Below are positions 39,337 to 50,798 of a stretch of 64,000 nt of DNA, piece after piece. Each line of letters begins with the position of its first letter. Positions within the stretch are counted from its first letter, which is position 1. A model generated the notes under the pieces. The model saw only the letters and a list, made by a program, of their open reading frames with translations. It made no database searches and was not told the origin of the DNA. Origin of the DNA: Massalongia carnosa (Eukaryota); contig OZ287081.1 in assembly GCA_965645245.1 (NCBI GenBank), positions 1,736,001 through 1,800,000 on the forward strand, in the 5' to 3' direction. The translations under genes and the position numbers were made by a program.

Positions 39337-42069
39337 ACCTGTTTGTCGGCGCATGAGCTGGATCACCGATATGTGCCATAATCATTGGATAGGGTTTCTT
39401 CCAAGCGTCGGATTCGAGAGATGAAACAACATGCACACCGACCTTTCTTGTCTTTTACTCAATTGGTCATCAGATATTGACCAACTTAATATTTAATCGC
39501 AACTGTATGCACAAGCTGGCTCTTCCGGTGGTGAGGGGATCTCGAACCGGTTGACTCGTTATTCTGGCAATCTGTCTCTCTTTCTCTAATTATCCATCCA
39601 TCCGTAAGTTAATCAATCAACCACCCAGTTAATCGATCGGTTTGATTAAACCCATCTCTTCGTTTCTCTTCAGAAAACATGGAATGGTATAAATGAACGA
39701 ACGACATGTATACTACCTATATCTCTACCTCCATCATTCGATGTTTATGCACATACATACATCGATTTATTCATCCTCATCATCACTTTCTCCACCTCCA
39801 CAACATCCAACCATCCTCCTCTCCTCTAATAATTTCCGCCCCCCCTCAGTCCCCGCCTTCGGAGGAGAAGAAGTCTTGTTTTCTATGTTTGTTTATTTTA
39901 TGTTTATGTCTACGTATCTTATCCATCTCATAATTATTCTTACCCATCTTATCCTATTCTATCCTAGACGTCAACTCAACCAATCCGCACGAGAGCTCCT
40001 TTTCTCTTCCTTCCCTTTATCTCATTGCCTTTTATTTTATCTCCATTCATCCCTTTTATTCCAGAACCAGCCTCCCGAGTCCCCGAGCCCTTCATATCTC
40101 GTCACACACACACACACACACATAAACAAAAACACAAGAACGCCCGTCAATAATAGCTGACAAACCCTCCTACAATATGTGAAACATAGAACTGCCTTGC
40201 CTTGCTCGGCTGTGCTTTCTAATCCCCACCCGGGACAAACGAATTTGAAAAACGTTGAGAAAAAGAAGAAAACAACCCCCCCTCCCTCGGCTGAGGAAAT
40301 ATCTAGATCGGGGGACTTTACAAGCAGAGCTCGAAAACTGGACTGATAGGTGATGGGCAGAAACGGGGGCATGAAAAAAGAAAACGAAAAGAAGGAAGGA
40401 AAGAAAAACGAAGAAGAGGAGCAGGAACGAACAGAAAGGGATGAAGGAGAGGACAGGAACGGAAGAAGGAGAAGAAGAAGAAGAAAGGAAATCAGAAAAT
40501 AGGAAGAGAGAAATTGAATCAACATATCAATCAATCCAGATAAAAAACCAGCCCTGTTCATTAACCGATCGATTGATTTACTGATCGCCTAACTGACTAC
40601 CTAACCTTACTAAAATAACTAAGTATCTTACCAACTTTACCTAAACAACTACTTCCCTCCCTCTCTCCCTCTTATCATATCTTTCCATCTCGTAACCCCC
40701 AACCCCCCCCCTCTCCTAATCCCTCCTCCCCCTCCCATCTATCCCATTCTCTACAGGTTCTCTAACACTCCAATTCCACCCCAAAAAGGGAGGAGTTGAC
40801 GACTGATAGGTAAGTAAAGATACTCTGCAATTCTACGTAGGGAGGGAGGGAGGTATGTAACTCCATCCATAAAATTTTTGAATTTCGGGTATATATATAG
40901 TATATACACCCCGAACTTAAGATTGGAGATTGCCGTTTTCATTTGAGAAAGGGAGCAGCGAGGGAGCAGCGAGGGAGCAAGGGGGCGCAACGAGGGATCA
41001 CGGGGGACCACAGAGAGAACAGGAAGGAGCATGGGGGAGCACCAGGGGAGCAAGAAGGTGCAGCGAAAGTTCTGGCTCCTTAAGCTAAAAGGGGCACAGT
41101 ACAATGGGAGCCTAATTTGGCTGCCCCTTGCCCGGCCTTGAGGGGAGATTGTGGATATAAGAAAAAGGATGGTGGCTGTATCGTTGACCTTAGTCTAGTC
41201 ACTTTATCCCTCTTTGCCTGTTCATCCGCCTCTTCTTTCAAGCTACTCATGAATTCGACACCGTCGGAGTTGTCTTGATTCCCTCCCCATTTTTTTAACC
41301 TTTCCCTAACGATTCGCCAGGCTCCGTTTTAAATTTTAAATGCTCATTTGCTGCTTTGTTCAGATGTAGATGCCTACATGGTAGAGAGCGGGTGTAGGTT
41401 AGTATGCAACGAATGTAAGTTAATACCGAACGTAAGTTAAGAGCCCGATCTCGAATTACCAAATTATATATCCCTGAGACCACCAATACCTGTTGCGGCT
41501 TAAATATAAATGTCGCGCGTCGTTTTTGCAAAGAATCTTAGCAGCTATAATCCGGGTAAGGTGTGTCTTCATGCAAATCGCCCGGGAGAGACAGACCCTT
41601 CATCTTTTACCCATCAATAAAGGTGGCGAAACGGAAATTCTCAAAAAATTGTCGCCTTTAAAGCGTTCTTGTAGAAGTGGTTCTGGTATTATATTAACAA
41701 CATGGGATATAGAGTAGGTCATCAAACCTTTTGCCCTACGGGACTTACGTCGAAATGAGGCTCTATCGTATTAGTTTCGCTTCAAAAGTATTGACACTTA
41801 CTGCTGCTGCTGTGCCTTTGCATTTACAGTCCCCTTTACGACTGCGAGCATAATCAATCCCGGTATAGCCAGTCATAGGCGCCCTACGGTGGTCAAGAGC
41901 GTCAATGACGGATTTTGCGATGAGTATGATTCTGCGAATGCGAGACTTCAATTTGCATCCGCTAATGCGCAGGACAATATGCTGTGGCTGGACTTAATAT
42001 ACGCAGAGTTTAATCAAAGGAGATTTGCAAAAATGTCGAGCCTTCTACAAAGGCCTGTTGATACTTCAT

Positions 42070-43396
42070 TTATTTGGGAAATAGACCAAACCTGACATAT
42101 TTCCCATCCTTTCCCTTTCTTATGCTTGTTTCCACTATTTCAGGTGTTGAAAGCGATAGCGGCTCTAAGTCAATATTCGTGGCGAATTCATTGAGTGAGG
42201 CGTAAAAAGTCAAAAAACCCTTCGGCTGCTCTTTTACCCGGGCAACAGTGTACGGAGGTGGGTTGCGATAGAAAATGATATCTTGATCATCATCGTCGGA
42301 ATCTTCGGTCGACGCATGGCTTATGTCGCTATGGTAAGTCGGATTGTGGATGAAGTAGAGCTGCCCCTGGCGACCCTTCTGATATTCTAGCAAGCTAACG
42401 TCACGACGTTCTGTCCAGCTATCTTCTAGACGTTCTGTCAAGCCATCGTCTCGAATTCCTAATGCCAAGATATATGGGATGTCCGTCCACTCTGCGACGT
42501 CGTCTATCCACTGTGCATAGTTATCGAGTGATATCCAATGGCTCTCGATGGCTTCAGTATGGCGGATGTATCCTAAAATGATCAGCCACCAGACGAGATT
42601 CTGAAGATATCCGCTTACCTAGGGGAAAGAAAAACAAGACACTCGCGGTAGACTCGTCGCCAATGGGTTTGTATCGCAGGCCCAACACCCCCCCAGTTTG
42701 GCCGTCGGCGACGCCGTATAGTTCACGTAATTGAGGATCCGTCTTTTGAGGCGAAATGGCCCACATATGAAGTCGCAAAATAAGCCAGAACCTTTGAAAA
42801 GTCCCTAGCATAAATAGACCTTTATTACGTAGTCTGCGACCATATAGCATTATTGAGGATACCATATCGAGATCCTTATTGCCGAAATTCCAGTCGGCAT
42901 CGTTAAGATATGACTGAAAACTGGAAAAGATTTTGTCGGGATTCATCTTGCCAATATTGTCCACGCGGGATTGAGGCTTGAAGTATATTTCCGACCATGT
43001 GTTGTATTCTTCAACAAGGTCTTCATCATCTAACTGTTCCAATAGGTACTTATTCCAGTTTACAATATCTTCAATAGTATCCTGTTCTGCAAATTTGCGT
43101 GCTAGTTCCTCGAATTGCTTGACTGTCTCTTCCCCGAGGCGTTGGGACCACGGATCGAGCTTGGGGCGTTTAATAAACGGGATGCTTGACTGATGGCCTT
43201 GAGGTTGAATATCTTGGGCCGAGTCTGCACGTTCGAGATGTTGCTGGTGAGGAGAAGGCGTATCGTCTTGTGAGTGATGGTCTTGCGGCGGGAGATATAG
43301 TGCTGAAGGGGGATGTTCGAGATGCTGCTGGTGGGGAGAAGGTATCGCGCGAGGAGTTTTGGACCGGTCAGAAAATGGTTCGATAGACAGAGACAT
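42070..43396 (-). CDS. Hypothetical protein (orphan), at least 2 exons; 3' end uncertain
   Basis: ORFs 42554-43396 and 42070-42468 join in frame through intron 42573-42618 (GTAAGC...GCTGAT...TAG); N-terminal 28-aa duplication containing PSPHQQHLE. Confidence 0.7.
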
Positions 43397-43462
43397 ACTG
43401 AGAGAGAGAGACAGAGGCGCAGCGGTAATCGATGCTCAAGTCGAGCGGGATGGTATTAGGAT

Positions 43463-44143
43463 TTGCCTCAGTACCTCAGACGTGCGTGGCTCTAGGAGCC
43501 GTCTAAGCCCCTCCGGGTTAGCCAATTTAGCTAAGCTCCTTCGGATTAGCGTCCCAGCTGACTAACGTGGCTGCGATAGCACGTCTGAGCGCAAAACTAA
43601 ATATTACGGTCAGATATTCGTAATAAATCGTGTATTATTGCGATTTTTCGACATTTTGACGTCTTGCTTTTTCGTTTGACACGGGCTATTTCTTCGAAAG
43701 ACTTCAAGTAGAATTTGTATAGAAAGTTTTCTGAAATTCCTGTTCGTTGTAAAGTTCATGTGGGGCAATCTGATTGCACTTCGCATAGAAATCGAGAACC
43801 GACTTAACGAAAATAACAAGATGTATGTAAAATTGCTCTGCACGTTATAAACATAAATAAAGATTGAAATTTATAACGAAAAAATCAAAAATACATTGAT
43901 CATGATCATATCAAGCGACGACGACGTTACAAACATGAAAACAATGAAGTTGTGACGTTGTACTATAAGGTCGAAATCGTTCTTGTCATGATCGTTAAGC
44001 CATATCTGACCGTAATCTTGAGTTTTGGGCTCAGACTTGCTACAGATGTGCTGCGTAGTCAGCCTGTTAACCCGAAGGGGCTTAACGTTCTGTAAGGCTA
44101 ACCCGAAGGGGCTTAGCCGGGCACGTCTGAGGTACTGAGGCAA
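43463..44143. mobile_element. MITE (681 bp) with 8-bp TSD, hAT-like by TSD length
   Basis: TIR TTGCCTCAGTACCTCAGACGTGC / GCACGTCTGAGGTACTGAGGCAA, subterminal inverted CTAAGCCCCT(C/T)CGGGTTAGCC; TSD ATTAGGAT at 43455-43462 and 44144-44151. Confidence 0.92.
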
Positions 44144-44375
44144 ATTAGGATGACACCTGGATGACTGATTATGTAACATGCCCTGGCCCTGAAAGTGCTA
44201 AGCCTTTTTAAGCCGCAGATACTACCCCGCCATAGCGCCACTCCCGATGAGTATAGGTACTCGTACTATGGTATGGAGGCGAGGGAGGAGGTCGACATCT
44301 GCCCCATCAAGGCTGACTCCACAATTGACTGGCAGCACATACCACACTTGTGTAAAATAAAGCTCTGGCATCTAA

Positions 44376-45881
44376 ATGGCCGCCATGGCTCGGAATGGTC
44401 GAGAGTACTTGCTATTGGAACTGTTGCCCAAGATACAGGATGACAATGTTTGGAAGATAATTACCCGAGACCTCTTGGAGCAGAAGGACCGCCACCATTT
44501 ATGGAGACTTGAAATGTGCGATAGATTTGCAGAACTTACGAACGATGAGCTAGAAAAGAACTGTTGCGATTGGACTTTAGCCGGGACAGAATGGCTACAA
44601 CAGATCGCCTTTGACATTCACTTTGCGACTAACCTCCTGCTCCCCGAAGAATGGGATCCCCATATCTTGCAAGACTTCATGAACCTCCTGGCCTTTACCC
44701 TGCAATTGTTTCAAGGAAAAGAGAAATGCCTGGGAAAGGTTAAGGAGCACTGTGAGAACTTGAAAATCACTGATCAGCCTGCGTTGATTCGACCGCAGGA
44801 AATTGCCGAGGAATTCAATATGTGGCGCAAATATGTAAACAATAAGTTCCGAAATCTGGTGAATTTAGTAAATTACGATAAGCACGGGAACTGGGACGAA
44901 CACAACATACGCATGACTCTTCAAGAGGGAGACAAGGTTTCAGGGGCAACCTTCACCGAATTGCTCATTCAAAACGAAATTCAGAGACAGCGGAGGAAAA
45001 TCGTGTCACGTCCGGTGAAGATTACACAACAGGATACAGAGCATGTCAGTGGCGTGGATCTTAAGGACGCAACAAAGGTGATTTGTATGTCGACGCATAT
45101 GGCCTACCTGATGTTTCTTTCTGACATTTGAGCAGCCAATATACTCGAGAAGTTTGAGCGCGTTCATTCGAAGGCAAAGGCAGAGTTCCAGAAGGTAATC
45201 ACGAGCACGAGATTAAATTTAGCCAATCCTCAATATTGGTATTCCCGCACGATAGCAATCGTTGCTGATGCCAACACTGGAATTATTGTTACTGGAGCCA
45301 CTAAGCCTGTAGTGCCAGAGATTCCAATCTTTGAGGATGCAGCAGATAATATCAGCCGCATTCGAGTAGGAAAGGATTTTGGCTCTATAATCGTCGACTG
45401 TAGCAAAGACGTATGGAAGCATTACAACCGCATTAAGCCCAAATTAAGAGAAGTAAAACTAATTGGCGATTATAGCGCCTTAATGACCAAGGAATCGGCC
45501 GGGCTCTACGACGCTGTCGTAAATGCTAAGAAGGATTCCATCACCAATTACCAGTATATCCCATCTTCTGAGAATGGCATAAGAAGCTGGGCTTTCGGGA
45601 GTGATTTCAAGTTCAAGCGTCCCTGTACACGTTGCCAACGGCTGTACTCAGGATGGATTTTGCATGAGATGCCGGACACTCCAGAGACAAAGCTAGTAGG
45701 GTTAAAGCAAGATCACTCGCACGGAGTACTCAGATATACTCCTGGATATAAGTATCCGTGTGGTTATTGTGCTGAGACAGTTGCGGCCGCTAAGCTCCAC
45801 GCGCTCTACCACGGCACTCTCACTCTTGTTCTGTCTAAGGATACCGACGAGATAAGGGCGTCGGACAAAGTGAGAACGTAG
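44376..45881 (+). CDS. 484-aa orphan protein with C-terminal PCxxC...GYCAE putative Zn site (deaminase-like, permuted order)
   Basis: Exons 44376-45084 and 45136-45881 (intron GTATGT...CTGAC...CAG) give one open frame. The CDS is well supported; the function is inference. Confidence 0.75.
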
Positions 45882-47926
45882 AACGAAGCAAGAGCCCCGG
45901 TCAGTAGACAGTAGATTGCAGGTTGGACAGATAGCAGCTGCTAGGTAAATATTAGTGAACGACAAACAGAATAGACTCATTGTCTAGTCAAGTGAAACAT
46001 TGAGGTCGACGCACAGGTGGGCTTTGGCCTCGGTGAGGGGCGATGTCGAGGTCTGCATAGGCCAATGCGCATATTCACGTGTCATTTCGCAACAGTCCCT
46101 TCAGCGGGAAGATGTGTCCATGCGACCTTTTCGTACACAACTGACTGTATCTTGCCCATGGTCGAGCAGTATGTACGTTGTAACGTAGGCTCCAAATGGT
46201 GACACCCACATGCGCTGGATGGCATGAAACGATTTTTCGTGTCGTCGAAGAGCTCGAACCACGCCGACCATGCTTGAGCGCTGAGCACATTGACTACAGA
46301 TTGGCAAGTGCTGCATTGGTCTGATGCCAACCTACAAAGACAACTCAAAAATGCTGCAGGATTGTTTGATTGCTGTCCTAGGCGCTGCAGAATTTTACGG
46401 GCTGGCCGCTGCGAATAAATTGATTCATGTCAAATGTGACCTCGATCGATTTTTGGAAAGAATCTGGGTGCCTACTATGACGGGATACGCAAAAAATTTG
46501 CCGGCAGATTCATGAATCAACATCGGTGCGCTCATGTTTGATGTTTTGAAAAATTCGATTTAACGTGTCAATGGTAAGAGATGGTAGGTGTAAGACATAG
46601 AAGCTGGTGTCAGAACGTAAACTAACAAAAAATCAGCTGGGGAAATCAGGGATATCCGCACCCAGCCCCACCAAAATCCCCAGTGATATCCTCATGATAT
46701 CGGGACCCCGTCAGATGTTTTGTCGAGGTGAGTGGATATCGACCTACATCTCCTTTTTGCTATAGTTGAACACGAGGGCAAGCCTAGGGAAGACTTTCGT
46801 TTCACACCACGTCTCCTGTCCATCCCATCGTTGTTGACTCGAAAAAATGGTGCTTGAAAGGGATAAGTCTATGGTTAAGTTAGGCATGGACGAAATGGCT
46901 CGAATGGCTGACACCGTGCTTTGGCCGCATGCGGTAGTCTACGCTGAGACGAAATGGTGCGGCGATGGCAGAGCGTTCCCTCTCACCACAGGTTCGCCTC
47001 TCCTCACGCATTTGTTTAAAATTATTGTGTTTAAGAACGATCGATCCTTGTGACTGCGCGCAACAAGAAGAAATTCTTACTACTTGGTCGATCGATGCCC
47101 GTGCCTAATTCCATCCCTTGCTAAAAAGTGACCTCGATTTTAGGGGATGACACGGCCCCTAAAATCTCGGGTTGTCCTCCCTGAAAGCCCCCGAGCGGCT
47201 TGGGAGCCTATGCCTGGAATCTTAGAGCTTATTAGCTTCGCATTTGGGCGGGAAAGCCTAATTTTCCGGGCTGAGGGCTCCCTATCGAGGCCAATACTTA
47301 GCGGGGGCTTTAGCAGATGTTAACTCTTGAAAATAGGCCATTGGCGGGATGACTACTGCCACCAATAGCGGCCAGAACAGCTCAGAGGGTAGCTGTGTTA
47401 GAAGAAGACTGCAGTGCACTGCAATCTGTCCTTGATTTCGAGAGAACGGTATCGACATTGCTTCTCAATCCTGTTGAGGTGTCTAAGGTTGGCAATTGAT
47501 ACGCATGGTCGGGTCAGAGTGCCAATGGCTTGGAAAGTCGTTTGGACCTCGGAGCAGCCAGCCTAACCGCTATAGGCCAGGCATGCCAGATGAAAAGTTG
47601 TCCATAACAGGTTCCCAACCGCCAAGTCTACATCAATTTGGGATCCAGTCGTGCCCCAATCAAGACCATGCGGCCGAGTCAGCCAGTTTTAGTATAAAGC
47701 CTTTCTTGAGCTTGTTCTGCCATGGTCGGTTGTGAGGTGTATGATAGTGTGCATGACAGCGCTTCAAGATCAGCCCTTCTCAGCCTTCCCTGTTTGCTGC
47801 CAAGATTATGTTATGCAGGCGACTGGTCGCATTAAGGAGCGTGAAGTCGACCTTGGTGCTGATGCCGATTTTAGCTCGCCCTGGTTGTGCAAAAAGGAGA
47901 ACCTGAAGTTTTTGTCAGCGACTTGC

Positions 47927-48330
47927 GCCTCAGTACCTCAGACGTGCGTGGGCTCCAGGAGCCGTCTAAGCCCCTCCGGGTTAGCCTATTTCGCTAAGCT
48001 CCTTCGGATTAGCGTCCCAGCTGACTAACGTGGCTGCGATAGCACGTCTGAGCGCAAAACTAAATATTACGGTCAGATATTCGTAATAAATCGTGTATTA
48101 TTGCGATTTTTCGATATTTTGACGTCTTGCTTTTTCGTTTGACACGGGCTATTTCTTCGAAAGAATTCAAATCGTTCTTGTCATGATCGTTAAGCCATAT
48201 CTGACCGTAATCTTGAGTTTTGGGCTCAGACTTGCTACAGATGTGCTGCGTAGTCAGCCTGTTAACCCGAAGGGGCTTAACGTTCTGTAAGGCTAACCCG
48301 AAGGGGCTTAGCCGGGCACGTCTGAGGTAC
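47927..48330. mobile_element. Second, internally deleted copy of the 43.5-kb MITE
   Basis: Near-identical to 43465-43700 and 43975-44135; middle missing; outermost right TIR bases absent; no TSD seen. Confidence 0.92.
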
Positions 48331-48535
48331 GGATAGATAGCTAGTGAGATTAACGAACAAGACATTGTACAGCATGACCATTATATTCTCATGCTTCGAA
48401 GTCGGTACGTCTTGAGCACAGCCGACGCGGCATCCGGCCCGGAAGACATATCTTCTGAATCTCGTAGAATGGCATTGTCGACTGTCTCCGGTAAACTGCC
48501 GTCGAATTGGACAATTCGTGGTGCCGATACGCAGG

Positions 48536-49806
48536 CACGCGGCTGACAAAATAACCGGGAATCGGCCAAAATTTTACCCCACCAAATTCTCCCCCCTATT
48601 TAGCATTTAACATCTTAACGTTATGGCTTCACAACGCCCTACCATCCCTAACTTGGAGCTCCGGGCTGCTAAAGCTCATTATTCTACTCCTACCAAAGCT
48701 GCAGTTCGAAGTGCCGTTTATTTCGCTGAGCGAATGAATTTATCCTACAGAAAACAGGACGTTTTCGAAAAATTCAACGTTAGTACAACGCGTGGCTATG
48801 AGATGCTTCGAAATAAACCTTATTCTTCTTCTTCTCGTCAATTTCATCATAATCCTGATGAAGAAGAAACTCGAGGAAGAAAACAACTTATTTCTTCCGT
48901 CAAAATTCGGGAGATGGAACGTATTCTAGAAGAAGAAGGAATTGAAGCTCGCTCCCTGACTTGGCAACAATTGGGCTACGAAGTGGAATTGGATTGTAGT
49001 GGTCGTACGGTGCAAAGAGCTATGGGGACAATGGATTATCATAAATGCGTGTCTTGCAAGAAGGGCTGGGTCAACCTCAAAACTGCTGCTAAAAGAGTTG
49101 AATGGTCAGAATTCATGTTGACCAGATATCCTAATTCAGAAGATTGGAATCGTGCACGATTTAGTGATGAGGTGCACTTTGGTTGGGGCCCACAAAGTAA
49201 ACTTCGCATCATTCGAAAACCGGGTCAACGATACTGTCAAGATTGCATTCAAGAGGAGCACATGCCAAATGAGAAGGATAAAAAGCGTCATTATTGCTGG
49301 GCAGCCGTCGGGAGTAGTTTCAAATCATTTATACATTTCTACGATGTGGCTGGCAATATCAATGGAAAAATGAGTCAGAAGGCATACATTGATCAAATTC
49401 TTGAGACCGTCGTTAAGCCATGGCCTGATAATGGTCAGAATTTCGTGTTGGAAGAAGATGGAGACTCAGGTCATGGACGAGGCAAATCAAACGTCGTTCG
49501 TACGTGGAAGGAGAAGAATGGACTAGAGCATTATTTCAATTGTGCCTCATCTCCCGATTTATCCCCCATTGAAAATTGCTGGCAGCCCGTCAAACAGGAG
49601 CTCTGCTTGATTTATGAGGGGTGGGAGCACGTGTCTCAGTCATTTATAGATGAAAAAGTAGCTAGCATGCCAGAAAGGCTAAAAGCGGTCATTGACGGTG
49701 AGGGTAAAATGACTGGTTATTGATTGTACGTAGCAATGCAGAAAGGGATTTGGTTTTTGGTGGGGTAAATTTTTGGCCGATTCCCGGTTATTTTGTCAGC
49801 CGCGTG
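48536..49806 (+). mobile_element. Tc1/IS630-like DNA transposon with about 51-bp TIRs
   Basis: TIR CACGCGGCTGACAAAATAACCGGGAATCGGCCAAAA... at 48536-48586 and its inverse at 49756-49806 (1 mismatch); GCAGG direct repeat on both sides. Confidence 0.95.
48623..49723 (+). CDS. DD37E transposase (IS630-Tc1-mariner fold), open frame
   Basis: FSDEVHF, EEDGDSGH, SPDLSPIENCW (37 residues between D and E), C-terminus SMPERLKAVIDGEGKMTGY. Confidence 0.93.
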   Translation: MASQRPTIPNLELRAAKAHYSTPTKAAVRSAVYFAERMNLSYRKQDVFEKFNVSTTRGYEMLRNKPYSSSSRQFHHNPDEEETRGRKQLISSVKIREMERILEEEGIEARSLTWQQLGYEVELDCSGRTVQRAMGTMDYHKCVSCKKGWVNLKTAAKRVEWSEFMLTRYPNSEDWNRARFSDEVHFGWGPQSKLRIIRKPGQRYCQDCIQEEHMPNEKDKKRHYCWAAVGSSFKSFIHFYDVAGNINGKMSQKAYIDQILETVVKPWPDNGQNFVLEEDGDSGHGRGKSNVVRTWKEKNGLEHYFNCASSPDLSPIENCWQPVKQELCLIYEGWEHVSQSFIDEKVASMPERLKAVIDGEGKMTGY

Positions 49807-50798
49807 GCAGGCACTTCTCGGTAGTGCCCATCCGATTGTTAGAATGTACAAATCAGGCTACTATACTTCATTTCAGCCGCACTCACCTTCTACCGCACGA
49901 GTGTGGCGCACGCTAATGGCTACACGTATCGCTAGTCTAATACTAGGATACCGTACATTGTCTATAAATCTAGCTATTCCCACTATATAGAACAAAAGCA
50001 AGCGTCCTATCCTCTATCTACTATACTGCCTTTTGAAACCGATCTTCCGTCGAGTCTCTCCCAATTTTCAAAAATATTTTCATCTTCAGATTATCAAAAG
50101 ACGTGTCTATGTACGTAAATTTGACAATATTCGTCATTATACTTTCGCTTCACGTCGACATCGCTCTATTCAGTCAAATCAAACATAATATATATTAGTT
50201 TTATTCTTTCTATTTCTCTCTCTGTATTTTATAGACCCTAATCTTAGCATCGAGGACTATCTTTCTCGATTGAGAAAGAGAGCAAAGCGGCTTTTAAATG
50301 GAGGACCGAGGGAGCACAAGGGAGCAGCAGCAAGAGAGCATAAAGGAGCAAAAAGGGAGCAAAAGTACGAGGTGGGCCTTAGCGTAGGAGTAATGCGGCA
50401 GATCTGAAACTCGGGGATACTATGTATAAAAAAAAAGGGTCACCTATCTCTCTAATCTCGTTCTCGAAAACGGGTTCGAATGATCTGGTCTGGTGTCTGT
50501 AGGCGAGAAAGAGGAGAGAAGAGAAAGAAAAAGAACACGGAATGATAAATGAGAAAACATGAAATGCATGCCGAGCGAACAAACGACAAAAGGAGGGGGA
50601 TGGGGGGGGAGAATCTCGACAGCTGCGAAAATCCCCTCGCTCTGGAAGCGCTATGATTCCTTCAACAACCCTAGCGGTAACCGCTCCCCCTCTCTTTTCC
50701 CCAGCCTCTATTTGGTATATATCTATGCGCTTTAGATTGCCAAACCGACCATGCATCTAAACGTCCCTTGTTTCAAATTTATCCCCAACCCCCCCCCC

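Noticed and set aside
39693..40561. Hydrophobic ORFs of 155-174 aa
   Set aside because: Derived from purine/pyrimidine-skewed simple-sequence intergenic DNA.
43463..49806. Strong RIP signature in repeats
   Set aside because: The two MITE copies differ by few, mixed changes and the DD37E ORF is open; no clear C-to-T excess by eye.
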